DNA from: Fidelibacterota bacterium
Lineage (GTDB): Bacteria > Fidelibacterota > UBA8477 > JABMPR01
Assembly (NCBI GenBank): GCA_021736185.1
Contig: JAIPGJ010000004.1
Coordinates: 1-56,985, forward strand
DNA: 56,985 nucleotides
Reading direction: 5' to 3'
Under the pieces are notes generated by a model. It made no database searches. It was given only the letters and a program-made list of their open reading frames with translations, and was not told where the DNA came from. The stretch's first letter is position 1; every line of letters begins with the position of its first letter. This document shows, in pieces, positions 29,201-39,759 of the stretch. Position numbers and translations under genes: made by a program.

Positions 29201-30846
29201 ACAATAAAGAGCTGGTGGATGCTGTCAAAATCCCTGAACATATTTTCTATTTTTTGGGGAGCGATGGTCTGACCCTTGGCATTTTTATAGATTTCTTTTT
29301 TGCGATCAATGATTTCAATTTGGCCATCTTCAAGAGATTGAAAAATATCACCTGTCGTAAACCATCCATCAGGGCGTTCATCAGGATCGGTTGGATTCCA
29401 GTAACTACCTGATACATAGGCACCACGAATCCACAACTCGCCATCCTCAGCCAGTTTTATTTCCATGCCTGGCAGAGGAATACCAACTGAGTTTTCGATA
29501 TAGCCATCAGTCGGTGTCATGGTGATTCCACCGGTAGCTTCAGTCATACCATATCCGCTATGCAGATGTAAATCATAGGCCTGAAAAAACCGAAATATTT
29601 CAGGTGGTAAATAGCCTGCAGCTGAAAGTCCCCAGCGTAAAGCCCCCCCCGTGACCTCTTTGACCCTGGGAGCTATATTGACAGGGTCCTCATTTTGGAG
29701 ATCAATCTTTGAAGCAATGGTATCATAGATATCCTGCCACCTTTTGGGTATACTGATAAGGACAGTCGACTGATTGTCTTTGAGATCGCTCAGCAGAGAT
29801 TGTATGCCTTTGCCACTGGAAAATGTATACTCAGCTCCCCAGAAGATTGAACCCCACATTTCAAGAAACCTCCCAAAGGTGTGAAACAGAGGCAGAAAGC
29901 AGAGGAAGCGATCTTCACTCCCCAGGTTTAAAGCCAGACTTCTGGCAAATCTTTTAGAAATGATATTCTCATAAGTGAAAACAATACCCTTCGGATATCC
30001 GGTAGTACCAGAAGTATACATAATACTGGCGATATGTGAGAGAGTGACTGACAGCCGGATTCCTTCCAGCCAATTCAAGGTTTCTCCTGAACCACCTTCA
30101 TCCACTAGAGTCTTATAGGATTTAACCAGGGGATTGTTTGTAGTGAAGCGATCGTATGTAATAATATGCTTGATAAATGGTAACTTGGGTAGCATGCTTT
30201 CGAGGCTGCGTAAATGTTGGGAGTCGGAAATGAATACCCCTTCTATTTCAGCATGGGCAAGAATGTACTCTATCTGAGCTGGGGGTGCAGCAGGTTGGAT
30301 TGGAACATTGACAAATCCATAGCTCAGGCAGGCTATATCAGTGATAGCTACCTCCAAACGATTTTCAGATATGATGGCAATTCTAGGGCTGGTGCTGCCC
30401 ATCAATTCAATGAGGGCGGCAGCGAGATGATCCACTGAATTTTTCACAGCTGACCATGATTGTTGTTGCCACTCGCGGCCCTGTTTAAAATTAAAGAGGG
30501 TTTTATTCCCCAGTGTTGTAGCCCGGCGTTGGAAGAGATGACCTGGCGTATAATTCAGTTTGCGCATCATCTCCAGCTCTCGATTGAACCATTCATTTTG
30601 AATGTTCGATGACTTTATCAGTGAGGTAAAAGAAGGGTTCCATCCCTGTTCTAAAAGGAAAGTCAGACTATCCCGACTCCCTGTTGCCAGGATGTGGTCG
30701 GCATATTTGAGAAATTCATCTGACCAAGCGTTCAAATCCTCAGGTGGTTGAGCTTCCAAAGCGGTGAAATATTGCACAAGAGCAGTTTCTTGCTCAACTA
30801 AATCTGAATCCACATTATCCAAGAGATCGTGAGGGGAATATTTCAC
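26209..30846 (-). CDS. Long-chain acyl-CoA ligase-like domain + helical region + kinase-like region + GNAT domain
   Basis: YTSGTTGYPKG, GYGMTEA, GWFTTGD, IDRKKEI; C-terminal VVSENHRGSGVS acetyl-CoA motif A. Start set at GTG 30846 after AGGAAA (ORF track gives 30900). Confidence 0.85.
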   Translation of the reverse strand: MKYSPHDLLDNVDSDLVEQETALVQYFTALEAQPPEDLNAWSDEFLKYADHILATGSRDSLTFLLEQGWNPSFTSLIKSSNIQNEWFNRELEMMRKLNYTPGHLFQRRATTLGNKTLFNFKQGREWQQQSWSAVKNSVDHLAAALIELMGSTSPRIAIISENRLEVAITDIACLSYGFVNVPIQPAAPPAQIEYILAHAEIEGVFISDSQHLRSLESMLPKLPFIKHIITYDRFTTNNPLVKSYKTLVDEGGSGETLNWLEGIRLSVTLSHIASIMYTSGTTGYPKGIVFTYENIISKRFARSLALNLGSEDRFLCFLPLFHTFGRFLEMWGSIFWGAEYTFSSGKGIQSLLSDLKDNQSTVLISIPKRWQDIYDTIASKIDLQNEDPVNIAPRVKEVTGGALRWGLSAAGYLPPEIFRFFQAYDLHLHSGYGMTEATGGITMTPTDGYIENSVGIPLPGMEIKLAEDGELWIRGAYVSGSYWNPTDPDERPDGWFTTGDIFQSLEDGQIEIIDRKKEIYKNAKGQTIAPQKIENMFRDFDSIHQLFIVGDHMPYNTALVRLNKKHKDVKTIWADEQKVRDYLANVIHSVNSFLAPFERIVDFRQVDRDFKKDLGELTEKGTFKRSIILEHFKTTVDSLYERPYKSFFMEDLEVQIPNWVFLQRGWTQNDLLIEDKILKHRNKRYSLRIERGIDEIRIGSFFYQFQGNILQFEEFIRQPAYCLGNLELEEFLDYSHLRIKPVNLSPDLLPGTWTDLEFSREDKQQAESDIEKALSHSEYSLETLYPVILMVYSQTLRPSQPAFRLLNRIYSNSNDSIRNIVRYAFLRLIRSDDLLQSQFAVEQVVALFPANDLERIVTYALGRKVLFNINSDISSWSNINIQKVGLASNYLKWLSSQESQAEKSSILFENVLGILFSWSKQFPRYYATIRAAMISSIVNLPAKSNITQKILGTYAALNENFSQSMQAMDPDTGNIQHEQTLDWEDVLLFDKPVTSPHRKRITSAFINTSLLNESMYLLFEGKQLSLRKIPPQGIWINLLASAHGKTVYRVTVQSSDGSYKFALNLNDELTSEQVNTELFWLMACSRDNQFNQLVETLGCYKPEQDLWSEEFISGLTVREYLKQAIWAGSSDEMPSPEHIWPHFVWTAVLTYTSFWKRTRFKKMISIPSPGKIIVPIHDYHVGGRLVSIAGITEVTSGLEFIENLERLFIRATEQEFPKFNLKVGTEILYHAMREALGQKHCPDFFNEILENEHTSTPRRKDLLQFLDWVEQKGFQPKSVYFATRRYHRWLSINQGATLNAKAHFLKDLYRDYNIQDSEPEYPDARVQLFMNTVFSEADAQLKAYLTHLGRNQRQHAIDGGTLQSEISQYIGSNEMEEYSSFFLKRLAFPELPPSEDIELIATRSTALDEIEIMISRHDSKGTTFRIRRAMHPKEIIQLQQHFIKARMDVNFTHEHKFLVAINKKGSVIGGLFYLDQGDDVVYMDKVVVSENHRGSGVSRGLLNEFVNRMRNSQKKMITTGFLHPGYFYKFGFIIEKDQGGLVKYL

Positions 30847-31056
30847 CGCTTTTCCTTTTTCTTTAGCCTGTAACATAGGAAGGATAATCTTGACATCCAA
30901 ATTAATTGCTAAGTGCCACCTGCTGAATAGAGCAACGGTTTAATCGTGTTGATATTTACTTATGATTACAGCGCGTTATTTTAATAAATGTGATGAAATT
31001 CGTCCGAAAGAGATTATAATCCTTTACCCATCAATTTTCATGAATTGACGCGTATA

Positions 31057-31074
31057 TGGCACAAGATTTGTCTC
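31057..31074 (+). promoter_or_regulatory. Sigma54-like -24/-12 element upstream of gdhA
   Basis: TGGCAC-AAGAT-TTGTCTC; the same motif precedes the ald-like gene. Confidence 0.5.
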
Positions 31075-31093
31075 ACATAAAGGACAATGTTAA

Positions 31094-32545
<1,452 letters not shown>

Positions 32546-32570
32546 GCATCCCTCTCCAAAATAGGTTCAA

Positions 32571-32833
32571 AAAAAACGCGGTGCTTCCCCGCGCTTTTTT
32601 ATTTCAAGAAATGATAAGATCCCGCTTCTAGGTTAGAAATACGAGGGAAAAGTTAAGTGAAATAAAAAACGCGGTGCTTCCCCGCGCTTTTTTTATTTCA
32701 AGAAATGATAAGATCCCGCTTCTAGGTTAGAAATACGAGGGAAAAGTTAAGTGAAATAAAAAACGCGGTGCTTCCCCGCGCTTTTTTTATTTTAAGAAAT
32801 GATAAGAACCCGGCTATAACTTAGAATAACGAG
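32571..32833. repeat. Tandem repeat, 93-94 bp unit, about 2.8 copies, each with a terminator hairpin
   Basis: AAAAAACGCGGTGCTTCCCCGCGCTTTTTT recurs with its first C at 32577, 32670 and 32764; the first two units differ only by one T. Confidence 0.92.
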
Positions 32834-32834
32834 A

Positions 32835-34652
32835 TTAAGCTGTTACCTCAGCATTGATCTTGGATCGAAACGTTTGATAAAGCTCTTCCAGACGTTGGCC
32901 CTGTTTCTCAATCGCCTCACTCAATGAGGGAAGATTTTCACCAGGGTAGGAGTGACCTTTGGCGATGGTTTTGCAATACTCAAATCCTTTGACCATGTTG
33001 TCATAGAATGCGTGAAGAGAGGGATACTCTTTGGGACTCATTGCATCATGAATAAGGGTCCGGAAATGGTCAACATAGAGCTGAATCTCCTTGGCAAACA
33101 TATGGGGCCGATCTGAGGACAGCAATTCTTTACCGCGACCATAAATCTGATCAATCATCTCTTCCAGAGAATAATTCCTATTAAACCAGGAAAGATTAGG
33201 TCCGGGACAAATTGCTTGCGGTGATCTCTCGGCAGGTGAAATTCCCAGGCTGATGAGAACCCCATTTCCCAGATGCTCACAAAGACAGGTTTTTGCCAGG
33301 ACTCTATTGATTGCCGCATCTTTTTCAATCCCAGGTGCCATCTCATTTTCAATCTGAGCCAGTTTGTGGTTCATGTATTCTGAAGAGGCCGTGCAAATTG
33401 GCAATTCCGTGAATTCTGTATTTGAGACTAGGAATCCTTTGGGACAAGGTGAGCCAGGTTTTCCTTTGCGATAGCGATCCATTGACCATTTTTCAGATCC
33501 TGAATCTTTTAAATTATTAAAAGGAACACCCAGGGGAGAAGCGCCGCTCAGATAGAGGCTGTCATCTGTAGCATTCATCAATTGCATACGTGTTACGGTA
33601 TCAATGGGCGTTGCCTCCGGAACCAGGAGAAAAGGACTGGCCCAACCCGTACGATCCATGCCAAAATCTTTTTCTAAGCGCTGTACTTCACCATGATTGC
33701 CGATGCCACCCTGTACGGTTATTTCTGGGTGGTGTTCAATATCCTCAGGATAGTCCCATCCCATTTTTTCATAGAAACGTTTGATGATGGGCTGGAATTG
33801 AGTCCCTAGCTCAGCTCGCTTATCTTTGAAGTCCTGGAGGAGAATAGGGAGTAAATGACCGGGAGAGGCAAAGGCATGACCGCCACAATTCAATCCTGAC
33901 TCAATTCTGAATTCTGAGATTTCCAGACCTTTTTTAGCCATATAACGACCTTGAATCATGGCGGATCTGAAATCACTGACTTTGAGAATAATCTTCTTTT
34001 TTATTTCACCACTCTGATCGCGATAAAAATCCTGATACTTCGTCATGTAACCATACAGGCTTTGATTGATTCCAGCCGAAAAAACCATGGCGGATTCAAG
34101 TTTACTCTTGGCGAAACCCCGGAGGGCTGCTTTAGCATCAGAAAAACCTTCACCCAGTGGGGTACCATGTTTGTCCATATCGATACGATCCACTTTGACC
34201 ATAATATTTACATCTATCCCACCTGGTCTCATCCTACGGGTTAAATCGGCTGATATCTGGTCTCGTAATTCACCTGGCTGTGTGGCCAAAAGATCTTGAT
34301 AAGTCTTCTTGAGAGTACTTGTGTCTGGCAATAACTCGAAATACCGGGTTTTCTCATTTTTCTCGAAAAAGGGAAGTGAACGCACATGTTCCATTTTCAA
34401 TTGTACGATGTCATTGACCATGTCAAGGTAGGCTGTAATGCGCTTGGCACGACCATCCTCTTCACGATGGGGAATCCGTTCATAGGGTAAATTGTATTTT
34501 CCTGTATAAAATTTTCTAAGTCGTTCCAACAGGATATCATCAATAATGGAAATCACTGAAGTGATGCCTAAATGGGCCAATCGAATAGGCGTGTCGATTG
34601 AATGACCAGTTCCCATGACGGGTATATGAAAATTATGAGTTGTATCTGTCAC
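32835..34652 (-). CDS. Hypothetical protein, FMN TIM-barrel-like (NMO/FabK-like) with Cys motifs
   Basis: IPVMG, ESGLNCGGH, VQGGIG, GWASPFLLVPEA, SPLGVPF; CPKG, ICTAS, CLC, ICPGP. Confidence 0.7.
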   Translation of the reverse strand: MTDTTHNFHIPVMGTGHSIDTPIRLAHLGITSVISIIDDILLERLRKFYTGKYNLPYERIPHREEDGRAKRITAYLDMVNDIVQLKMEHVRSLPFFEKNEKTRYFELLPDTSTLKKTYQDLLATQPGELRDQISADLTRRMRPGGIDVNIMVKVDRIDMDKHGTPLGEGFSDAKAALRGFAKSKLESAMVFSAGINQSLYGYMTKYQDFYRDQSGEIKKKIILKVSDFRSAMIQGRYMAKKGLEISEFRIESGLNCGGHAFASPGHLLPILLQDFKDKRAELGTQFQPIIKRFYEKMGWDYPEDIEHHPEITVQGGIGNHGEVQRLEKDFGMDRTGWASPFLLVPEATPIDTVTRMQLMNATDDSLYLSGASPLGVPFNNLKDSGSEKWSMDRYRKGKPGSPCPKGFLVSNTEFTELPICTASSEYMNHKLAQIENEMAPGIEKDAAINRVLAKTCLCEHLGNGVLISLGISPAERSPQAICPGPNLSWFNRNYSLEEMIDQIYGRGKELLSSDRPHMFAKEIQLYVDHFRTLIHDAMSPKEYPSLHAFYDNMVKGFEYCKTIAKGHSYPGENLPSLSEAIEKQGQRLEELYQTFRSKINAEVTA

Positions 34653-34830
34653 TAAGGGACCTCACAAATAAGTTAAGCTAACTGTCTCAATGCCAAACCT
34701 TTAGGTGGAAAACCTTCGCAGGCATTGCTATGCGCAATAGTAACCACGATAATCAGGAATTCAATAAAAGAATCTGTGGTAAATGTTAACATTCTGACAA
34801 CCTAAGATTTCATTCTGAAAAGGATAAAAC

Positions 34831-34864
34831 AAAAAGGGGCCGCCCTTTTGGGACAGCCCCTTTA
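34831..34864 (-). terminator. Terminator after the small outer-membrane protein gene
   Basis: Minus strand AAAGGGGC-TGTCCCAAAAGGGCG-GCCCCTTTTT. Confidence 0.7.
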
Positions 34865-34883
34865 AAAACTAATCATTTGCAGC

Positions 34884-35336
34884 TTAGAAAAAGTACCTGA
34901 CTCCAAGATTTCCCCCGAAACCAAAACCGCCGCCCCCTGAAATTTTCAAGGTCGGTGTACTTTCAATGAAAATATCTAAATTATAGTCTGAAAGATAGTA
35001 ACCCAATCCAATGACACCACGAACACCCAGATCCAGCTCGGTAGTCTCTTCCAGATCGTCGTTTAAGCCTTTATGTGTCCCCAGTGCAATACCCCCTCCA
35101 TAATAGACAGGTGTTGTATTGTCTGTAATTTTGAGCAATTCAGGCATATCAAATAAATAGTCTGCAGACAGATTGCTTCCAAGATTCCAATTGACAGCAA
35201 CGGCGTTGGTCTCACTCATCCAATATTTTCCGCTAATACCGTCAACGGACAATCCAATTCCGATACCTGAATTTTGTCCGAAAGCACTCAGTGCAATCAT
35301 CAAAAAGGTAAACAACGAAATAAAACTTTTAAACAT
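34884..35336 (-). CDS. Small outer-membrane beta-barrel protein
   Basis: Signal peptide, Gly/aromatic alternating strands, C-terminal GVRYFF. Confidence 0.75.
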   Translation of the reverse strand: MFKSFISLFTFLMIALSAFGQNSGIGIGLSVDGISGKYWMSETNAVAVNWNLGSNLSADYLFDMPELLKITDNTTPVYYGGGIALGTHKGLNDDLEETTELDLGVRGVIGLGYYLSDYNLDIFIESTPTLKISGGGGFGFGGNLGVRYFF

Positions 35337-35402
35337 ATTTACTGCTCCTCTAAAATTACAGTGAATGTAAAATATTTCTATTCATGCTCAATCAAAAATA
35401 TT

Positions 35403-38378
35403 TCAGATGTCTCTTTCCAGGGCTATGCTACCAGGGCGCCAGACATGTCCTTCTCCCTTCATACCATCAACTTGAATGACAAATGGATCTTCAAAATGAA
35501 AGTGTTTGAGATATTTAGTCTGGCTTGTGGGCTTTTGGCTTTTAAACCACTCCAGATTCATGTTTTCAGTTAAAAGTCGTGGTGGAATCGTGAAATAGCT
35601 GATTCCCAGAGAAGTGATGTTCTGAAAAAAGTGACTTCCAAAGGAGGGGTCAACATATAAATTGGGTAAACCCACTTCTACAATAGATCTGGCATTGGAA
35701 ATAAAATTCCAGCTGACAGGAATCCCAAGCATGGGATCTGCTGTTCCCCAGCGTCCCGGCCCTACCAGGAGATATGATTTTTCTGGACTAAATTCTCGAT
35801 TTATCACTCGTATTTCCTGAGCAATCTGCTGGCTTTTTAAAATTTCGAAATGATCAATATCGATATACACTAAATCATGAATTTCGATATTATCACCATT
35901 CCCCAGACAGATATCACTCTTAAAGATTTCATCTGTTTTTGCTGCCTGGGTTAGGTCAACCAGGTGCGGTCGTTCAAAAGTGACCATAGGTCTGATTTGT
36001 AAAATGGATAATTCAGCAGGTTCGCCTGATTTATCTGGAAGATTTACAGCGAATTCCATTTCCACCTCACAGCCCATACCGATCTTGCCAAATCCCATCA
36101 AATCGCTAAGCATATTAGCCAGGGGGAGGGATTTCCATTTCAAAATATTCGCGAAGGTAATGATGCGGGGTCCCGCTTCGAAGAGGGAATCACGAAAGCG
36201 TCCATCTTGAAACGAATAGACACTGGCTATCTGGTCAAGGCTGCCATGCTCCTCGGCAATTTTTAAATCGAGTTGCACTAGATTGGAACTTTCACCACTT
36301 TCCAGAGGCAATTCACAGCGGGCGGTATCCAAAGCATAAAATTTATTCTGGCTATTTTTAAGAATGGAGTGTTCATCGTAGTATTGGGGGAGTACGTTGG
36401 GTCGTTTCGGACTGAATTTGAGTGCCTTTTCACCATTCACGACGGTGCGACCCAAACCAAGGGCAATAGTGGCCAAACCCTCTTCTCGCTGCATGGAACC
36501 TTGAGGATAGTAGTTGAGGGTCTGCAACACACCGGAAAAGCTGGGGTAATAATAATCACCATGATGGCGACCGCATAGGTGCTGGATAACCACAGCCATC
36601 TTTTCATCCTCAGGGCGATTCCCAGTGGATTTGAGATAAGCAACTGCTTCTCTATGAAATCCTGAGGCATACACCAGCTTGATCGCTTCCAGGAGTTGAA
36701 ATAAGCGCGTATCAAGTGCTGGAGAGCAGTTGGGGAGCATGTAGGTGCTATAAATTCCGGCAAAAGGTTGAAATAGAGAATCTTCCAGTAAACTGGATGA
36801 TCTGACAGCCAGAGGACCAGAATGGTGCCCAAGATATGAGTGAAGTTGGGCTGTAAAATTGCCGGGGAAGACAGCTTTACGAAAAAGTTCATCAATCTCT
36901 TCATTGGTCTCGGCCTCAGCTGCCTTGACATTTAATTTATTGATATCAAGAAAACTTTCATAGATATCCGTACCCACCACCGCGAACTGGGGAACCCCTA
37001 TCTGGATGCCAGGATATTTCTGAGAAAAGTCAAAACGTCGCTTATGGGCGATGAGGAAAGCTAAGCCACGTGCTTTGCCCCCTATGGATCCACCACCAAT
37101 CCGGACGGCAGTAATTGTCGGATCATAGGTATCAATATCAAAATAGCCAATATTGTCAAAATGCTGCAAGACCCGTTGACGTTCAATTGCATCCAGGAGA
37201 ATCTTGCGAAATTCTTCGGGGTCTTCAAATTCATCATAACTGATGGGTTTGAGAAAGTCTGCCAGGTCAAAGTAACCGCGGACTGCCAGCCAGTTTGAGA
37301 AATGATCCCGGCGGGAATGATATTCGATACTCTGTATGGGCACGGATTCCAGCGCGGCACTAAGGGCATTTAGGTGGCGGATTTTGGTGATGGTCTTTCC
37401 CTCTCTGGTACTGAATATCAGATCCCCGAAACCGCAATGTTTGATCACAAAACTTTGCAATCTCTTGAGCAGTTGTGGTGAATATTTCGCTATGAAATAG
37501 GCGCCCAATTCCTTGGCCATCTTTTCGTTGCTACCCTCCATGGATTGCATCAGGATGGGCATGGTGGCATTCTTTTTCAGTATAATTTTGATAAAATCAG
37601 CACCCGCCTTGGGGTCCAGTTTACCATTTCGGGGATATCTCACATCCGAAATCACCGCCAGAAGATTATTTTTATACAACTTGTAGAGTTCTGTAGCTTC
37701 CTCAAAGGTAGAGGCCAGCAGAATCTTTGGACGCGAGCGCATCCTGAACAGACGTAATTCATCGGTGTACTCGTGTTTCATCAATTTCTGAGTCGTATTG
37801 ATAATCACGCTATAAAGCATGGGTAAAAAGATGGAGTAATATTTTGGAGAGTCTTCCACCACAATAATGGCTCTGGCGCCCCCTTTGAGAATATCTCTGG
37901 GAGCATTCATGCGATCTTCAATGTACTTCACAATCGTCGTGAAAATGTTTGAGTCGCCATGCCAGATAAAGGTTTTATCAATACCTTCTATATTGTCAAC
38001 CCGCTTGACGGCCCATTGATAATCACGTCGATTTGAAGCCAGCATGATGACAGGAATCGATTCGTATTTCTTTTTTATTTTGCGTCCCAACTCAAAGGGG
38101 TCCATATCAGAGATTCTGGTCATGGTTATGACTAGATCATAATGTCGTGCTCTTAATTTTCTCAGGGCATGATCGCCAGTGGAGACCCTGCTAATTCGAG
38201 GGGCACTACTCAGGTTCATATCCTGATATTCGGTGAAAATCATTTCACCTATTCGTCCATCTTCTTCAAGTTTAAAGGCATCGTACAGACTGGAGATTAA
38301 TAGGATTTCATGAACTCGATGCTGCATCATGTCCCTAAAACCTGGTCTTTGCTTGAGTGTGAGTACTTGATTAAACAT
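35403..38378 (-). CDS. Receiver-domain + PEP/pyruvate-binding (PPDK N-terminal, ATP-grasp) protein
   Basis: Two receiver-like domains; IGGKARGLAF, LAVRSSSLLED, FAGIY.T, EKMAVVIQ, LGLGRTVV, EMEFA, LQIRP; C-terminal GPGRWG and SFGSHFFQN. Confidence 0.88.
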   Translation of the reverse strand: MFNQVLTLKQRPGFRDMMQHRVHEILLISSLYDAFKLEEDGRIGEMIFTEYQDMNLSSAPRISRVSTGDHALRKLRARHYDLVITMTRISDMDPFELGRKIKKKYESIPVIMLASNRRDYQWAVKRVDNIEGIDKTFIWHGDSNIFTTIVKYIEDRMNAPRDILKGGARAIIVVEDSPKYYSIFLPMLYSVIINTTQKLMKHEYTDELRLFRMRSRPKILLASTFEEATELYKLYKNNLLAVISDVRYPRNGKLDPKAGADFIKIILKKNATMPILMQSMEGSNEKMAKELGAYFIAKYSPQLLKRLQSFVIKHCGFGDLIFSTREGKTITKIRHLNALSAALESVPIQSIEYHSRRDHFSNWLAVRGYFDLADFLKPISYDEFEDPEEFRKILLDAIERQRVLQHFDNIGYFDIDTYDPTITAVRIGGGSIGGKARGLAFLIAHKRRFDFSQKYPGIQIGVPQFAVVGTDIYESFLDINKLNVKAAEAETNEEIDELFRKAVFPGNFTAQLHSYLGHHSGPLAVRSSSLLEDSLFQPFAGIYSTYMLPNCSPALDTRLFQLLEAIKLVYASGFHREAVAYLKSTGNRPEDEKMAVVIQHLCGRHHGDYYYPSFSGVLQTLNYYPQGSMQREEGLATIALGLGRTVVNGEKALKFSPKRPNVLPQYYDEHSILKNSQNKFYALDTARCELPLESGESSNLVQLDLKIAEEHGSLDQIASVYSFQDGRFRDSLFEAGPRIITFANILKWKSLPLANMLSDLMGFGKIGMGCEVEMEFAVNLPDKSGEPAELSILQIRPMVTFERPHLVDLTQAAKTDEIFKSDICLGNGDNIEIHDLVYIDIDHFEILKSQQIAQEIRVINREFSPEKSYLLVGPGRWGTADPMLGIPVSWNFISNARSIVEVGLPNLYVDPSFGSHFFQNITSLGISYFTIPPRLLTENMNLEWFKSQKPTSQTKYLKHFHFEDPFVIQVDGMKGEGHVWRPGSIALERDI

Positions 38379-38600
38379 GGCTTAAAATAATTGAGATATT
38401 CTTATTAAAAATGTTCATTTCCATAATCCGGCCTCACAAAAACATTTTGTGGCTGAGTTTGGGAATGCAAAAACAAGGCTTCCCATAGGAATCTGCACCT
38501 AAATGTCTTATTCTAGCCGCATTATACAATCATTGTTACATGTTGGTAGCCAGGAAACCTAAGGGTAATGGCAATTTCATATTGGGGAGCTCGTGAGACT

Positions 38601-38618
38601 TGGCACGCTGTTTGTCTC
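38601..38618 (+). promoter_or_regulatory. Sigma54-like -24/-12 element upstream of the ald-like operon
   Basis: TGGCAC-GCTGT-TTGTCTC, about 47 nt before the ATG. Confidence 0.55.
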
Positions 38619-38664
38619 TATTTTAATATCAATAATATCGGGGGATGAAGAGTGGGAGTTTGCA

Positions 38665-39759
38665 ATGAATTTTGGGATTTTGCATGAAAGTCGCTTGAAC
38701 GAAAAGCGAGTCTGTCTAACACCCAATGGAGCAAAATCTCTGCTTAAGAGAGGGCATACTGTCTTTCTTGAAACGGGAGCGGGTCTGGCCAGTGGATTTA
38801 ACGACCAGGATTATGTGAGCAAGGGTGCACAGATTGTTTTTAGTCAGGAAGAAATTTATGGTCGTTCTGATATATTATTGAAAATATTACCGGTCAATGA
38901 AGAGTCGCTGGGGTATATGCGCGAAAGTCAAACTGTTTTCACATTTCAGCATCTCTCTGTGAGTTCCCCGGATGTATTTAGTGGTCTTAGGGATAAAAAA
39001 ATCACACTGATAGGTATGGAAATCATGGAAGAGGCCGATGGCTCCCGACCTATTTTAAATATCATGAGTGAGCTGGCTGGTCAAATGGCACCTATTATAG
39101 CGGGTAACTATCTTGGTCGTGATCCCATGGGTCGAGGTGTGTTGTTGGGCAGTGTCCCTGGAGTAGCGCCGGCATCTGTGGTTATCATTGGTGCTGGAAC
39201 GGTGGGGACCAGTGCGGCAAAAGCCTTTATCGGGCTTGGTGCTCAAGTTCACGTTCTGGATAAAAGTATTAATCAATTGAGAAAAGTAAAAGATAAGTTA
39301 GGCGATCGTATCACGACCATTTATGCCAATCAAACAGCCATTGAGAAAACCTTAACCTTTGCTGATGTTGTGGTGACAGCCATTCTCGAAAGAGGAGCTG
39401 TGACGCCTCGAATCATTACTCGAGAGATGGTCAGAGATATGAAACATCTGGCAGTATTGATTGACTATTCAGTTGATGAGGGTGGGGCCAGTGAAACTAC
39501 CAGACCTACACTGCTCTCAGATCCTGTATATGTCGATGAAGATGTGATTCACTATTGTGTCCCCAATATTACCTCGGGAATTAGCCGAACCACCTCCATT
39601 GCACTGACGAATGTATTGTCAAAATATCTGAATCAAATTGCAGAGCTTGGATTGGCAAAGGGTTTGAAGGATTCACATGCCCTGAGCAAAGGTTTGTACA
39701 CGCTTGGGGGTCGCAATATGCAACCCGTTCTAAATCGAAGGTTCGGAATAAAAATATAA
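38665..39759 (+). CDS. ald: Alanine dehydrogenase-family protein (divergent)
   Basis: EKRVCLTP, ETGAG..SGF.D..Y, MSELAG, GVLLGSVPGV, IIGAGTVG, ETTRPT, HYCVPN. Confidence 0.8.
   Translation: MNFGILHESRLNEKRVCLTPNGAKSLLKRGHTVFLETGAGLASGFNDQDYVSKGAQIVFSQEEIYGRSDILLKILPVNEESLGYMRESQTVFTFQHLSVSSPDVFSGLRDKKITLIGMEIMEEADGSRPILNIMSELAGQMAPIIAGNYLGRDPMGRGVLLGSVPGVAPASVVIIGAGTVGTSAAKAFIGLGAQVHVLDKSINQLRKVKDKLGDRITTIYANQTAIEKTLTFADVVVTAILERGAVTPRIITREMVRDMKHLAVLIDYSVDEGGASETTRPTLLSDPVYVDEDVIHYCVPNITSGISRTTSIALTNVLSKYLNQIAELGLAKGLKDSHALSKGLYTLGGRNMQPVLNRRFGIKI

Noticed and set aside
32571-32833. CRISPR array
   Set aside because: The sequences between the hairpin repeats are identical rather than unique spacers, and no cas genes are present
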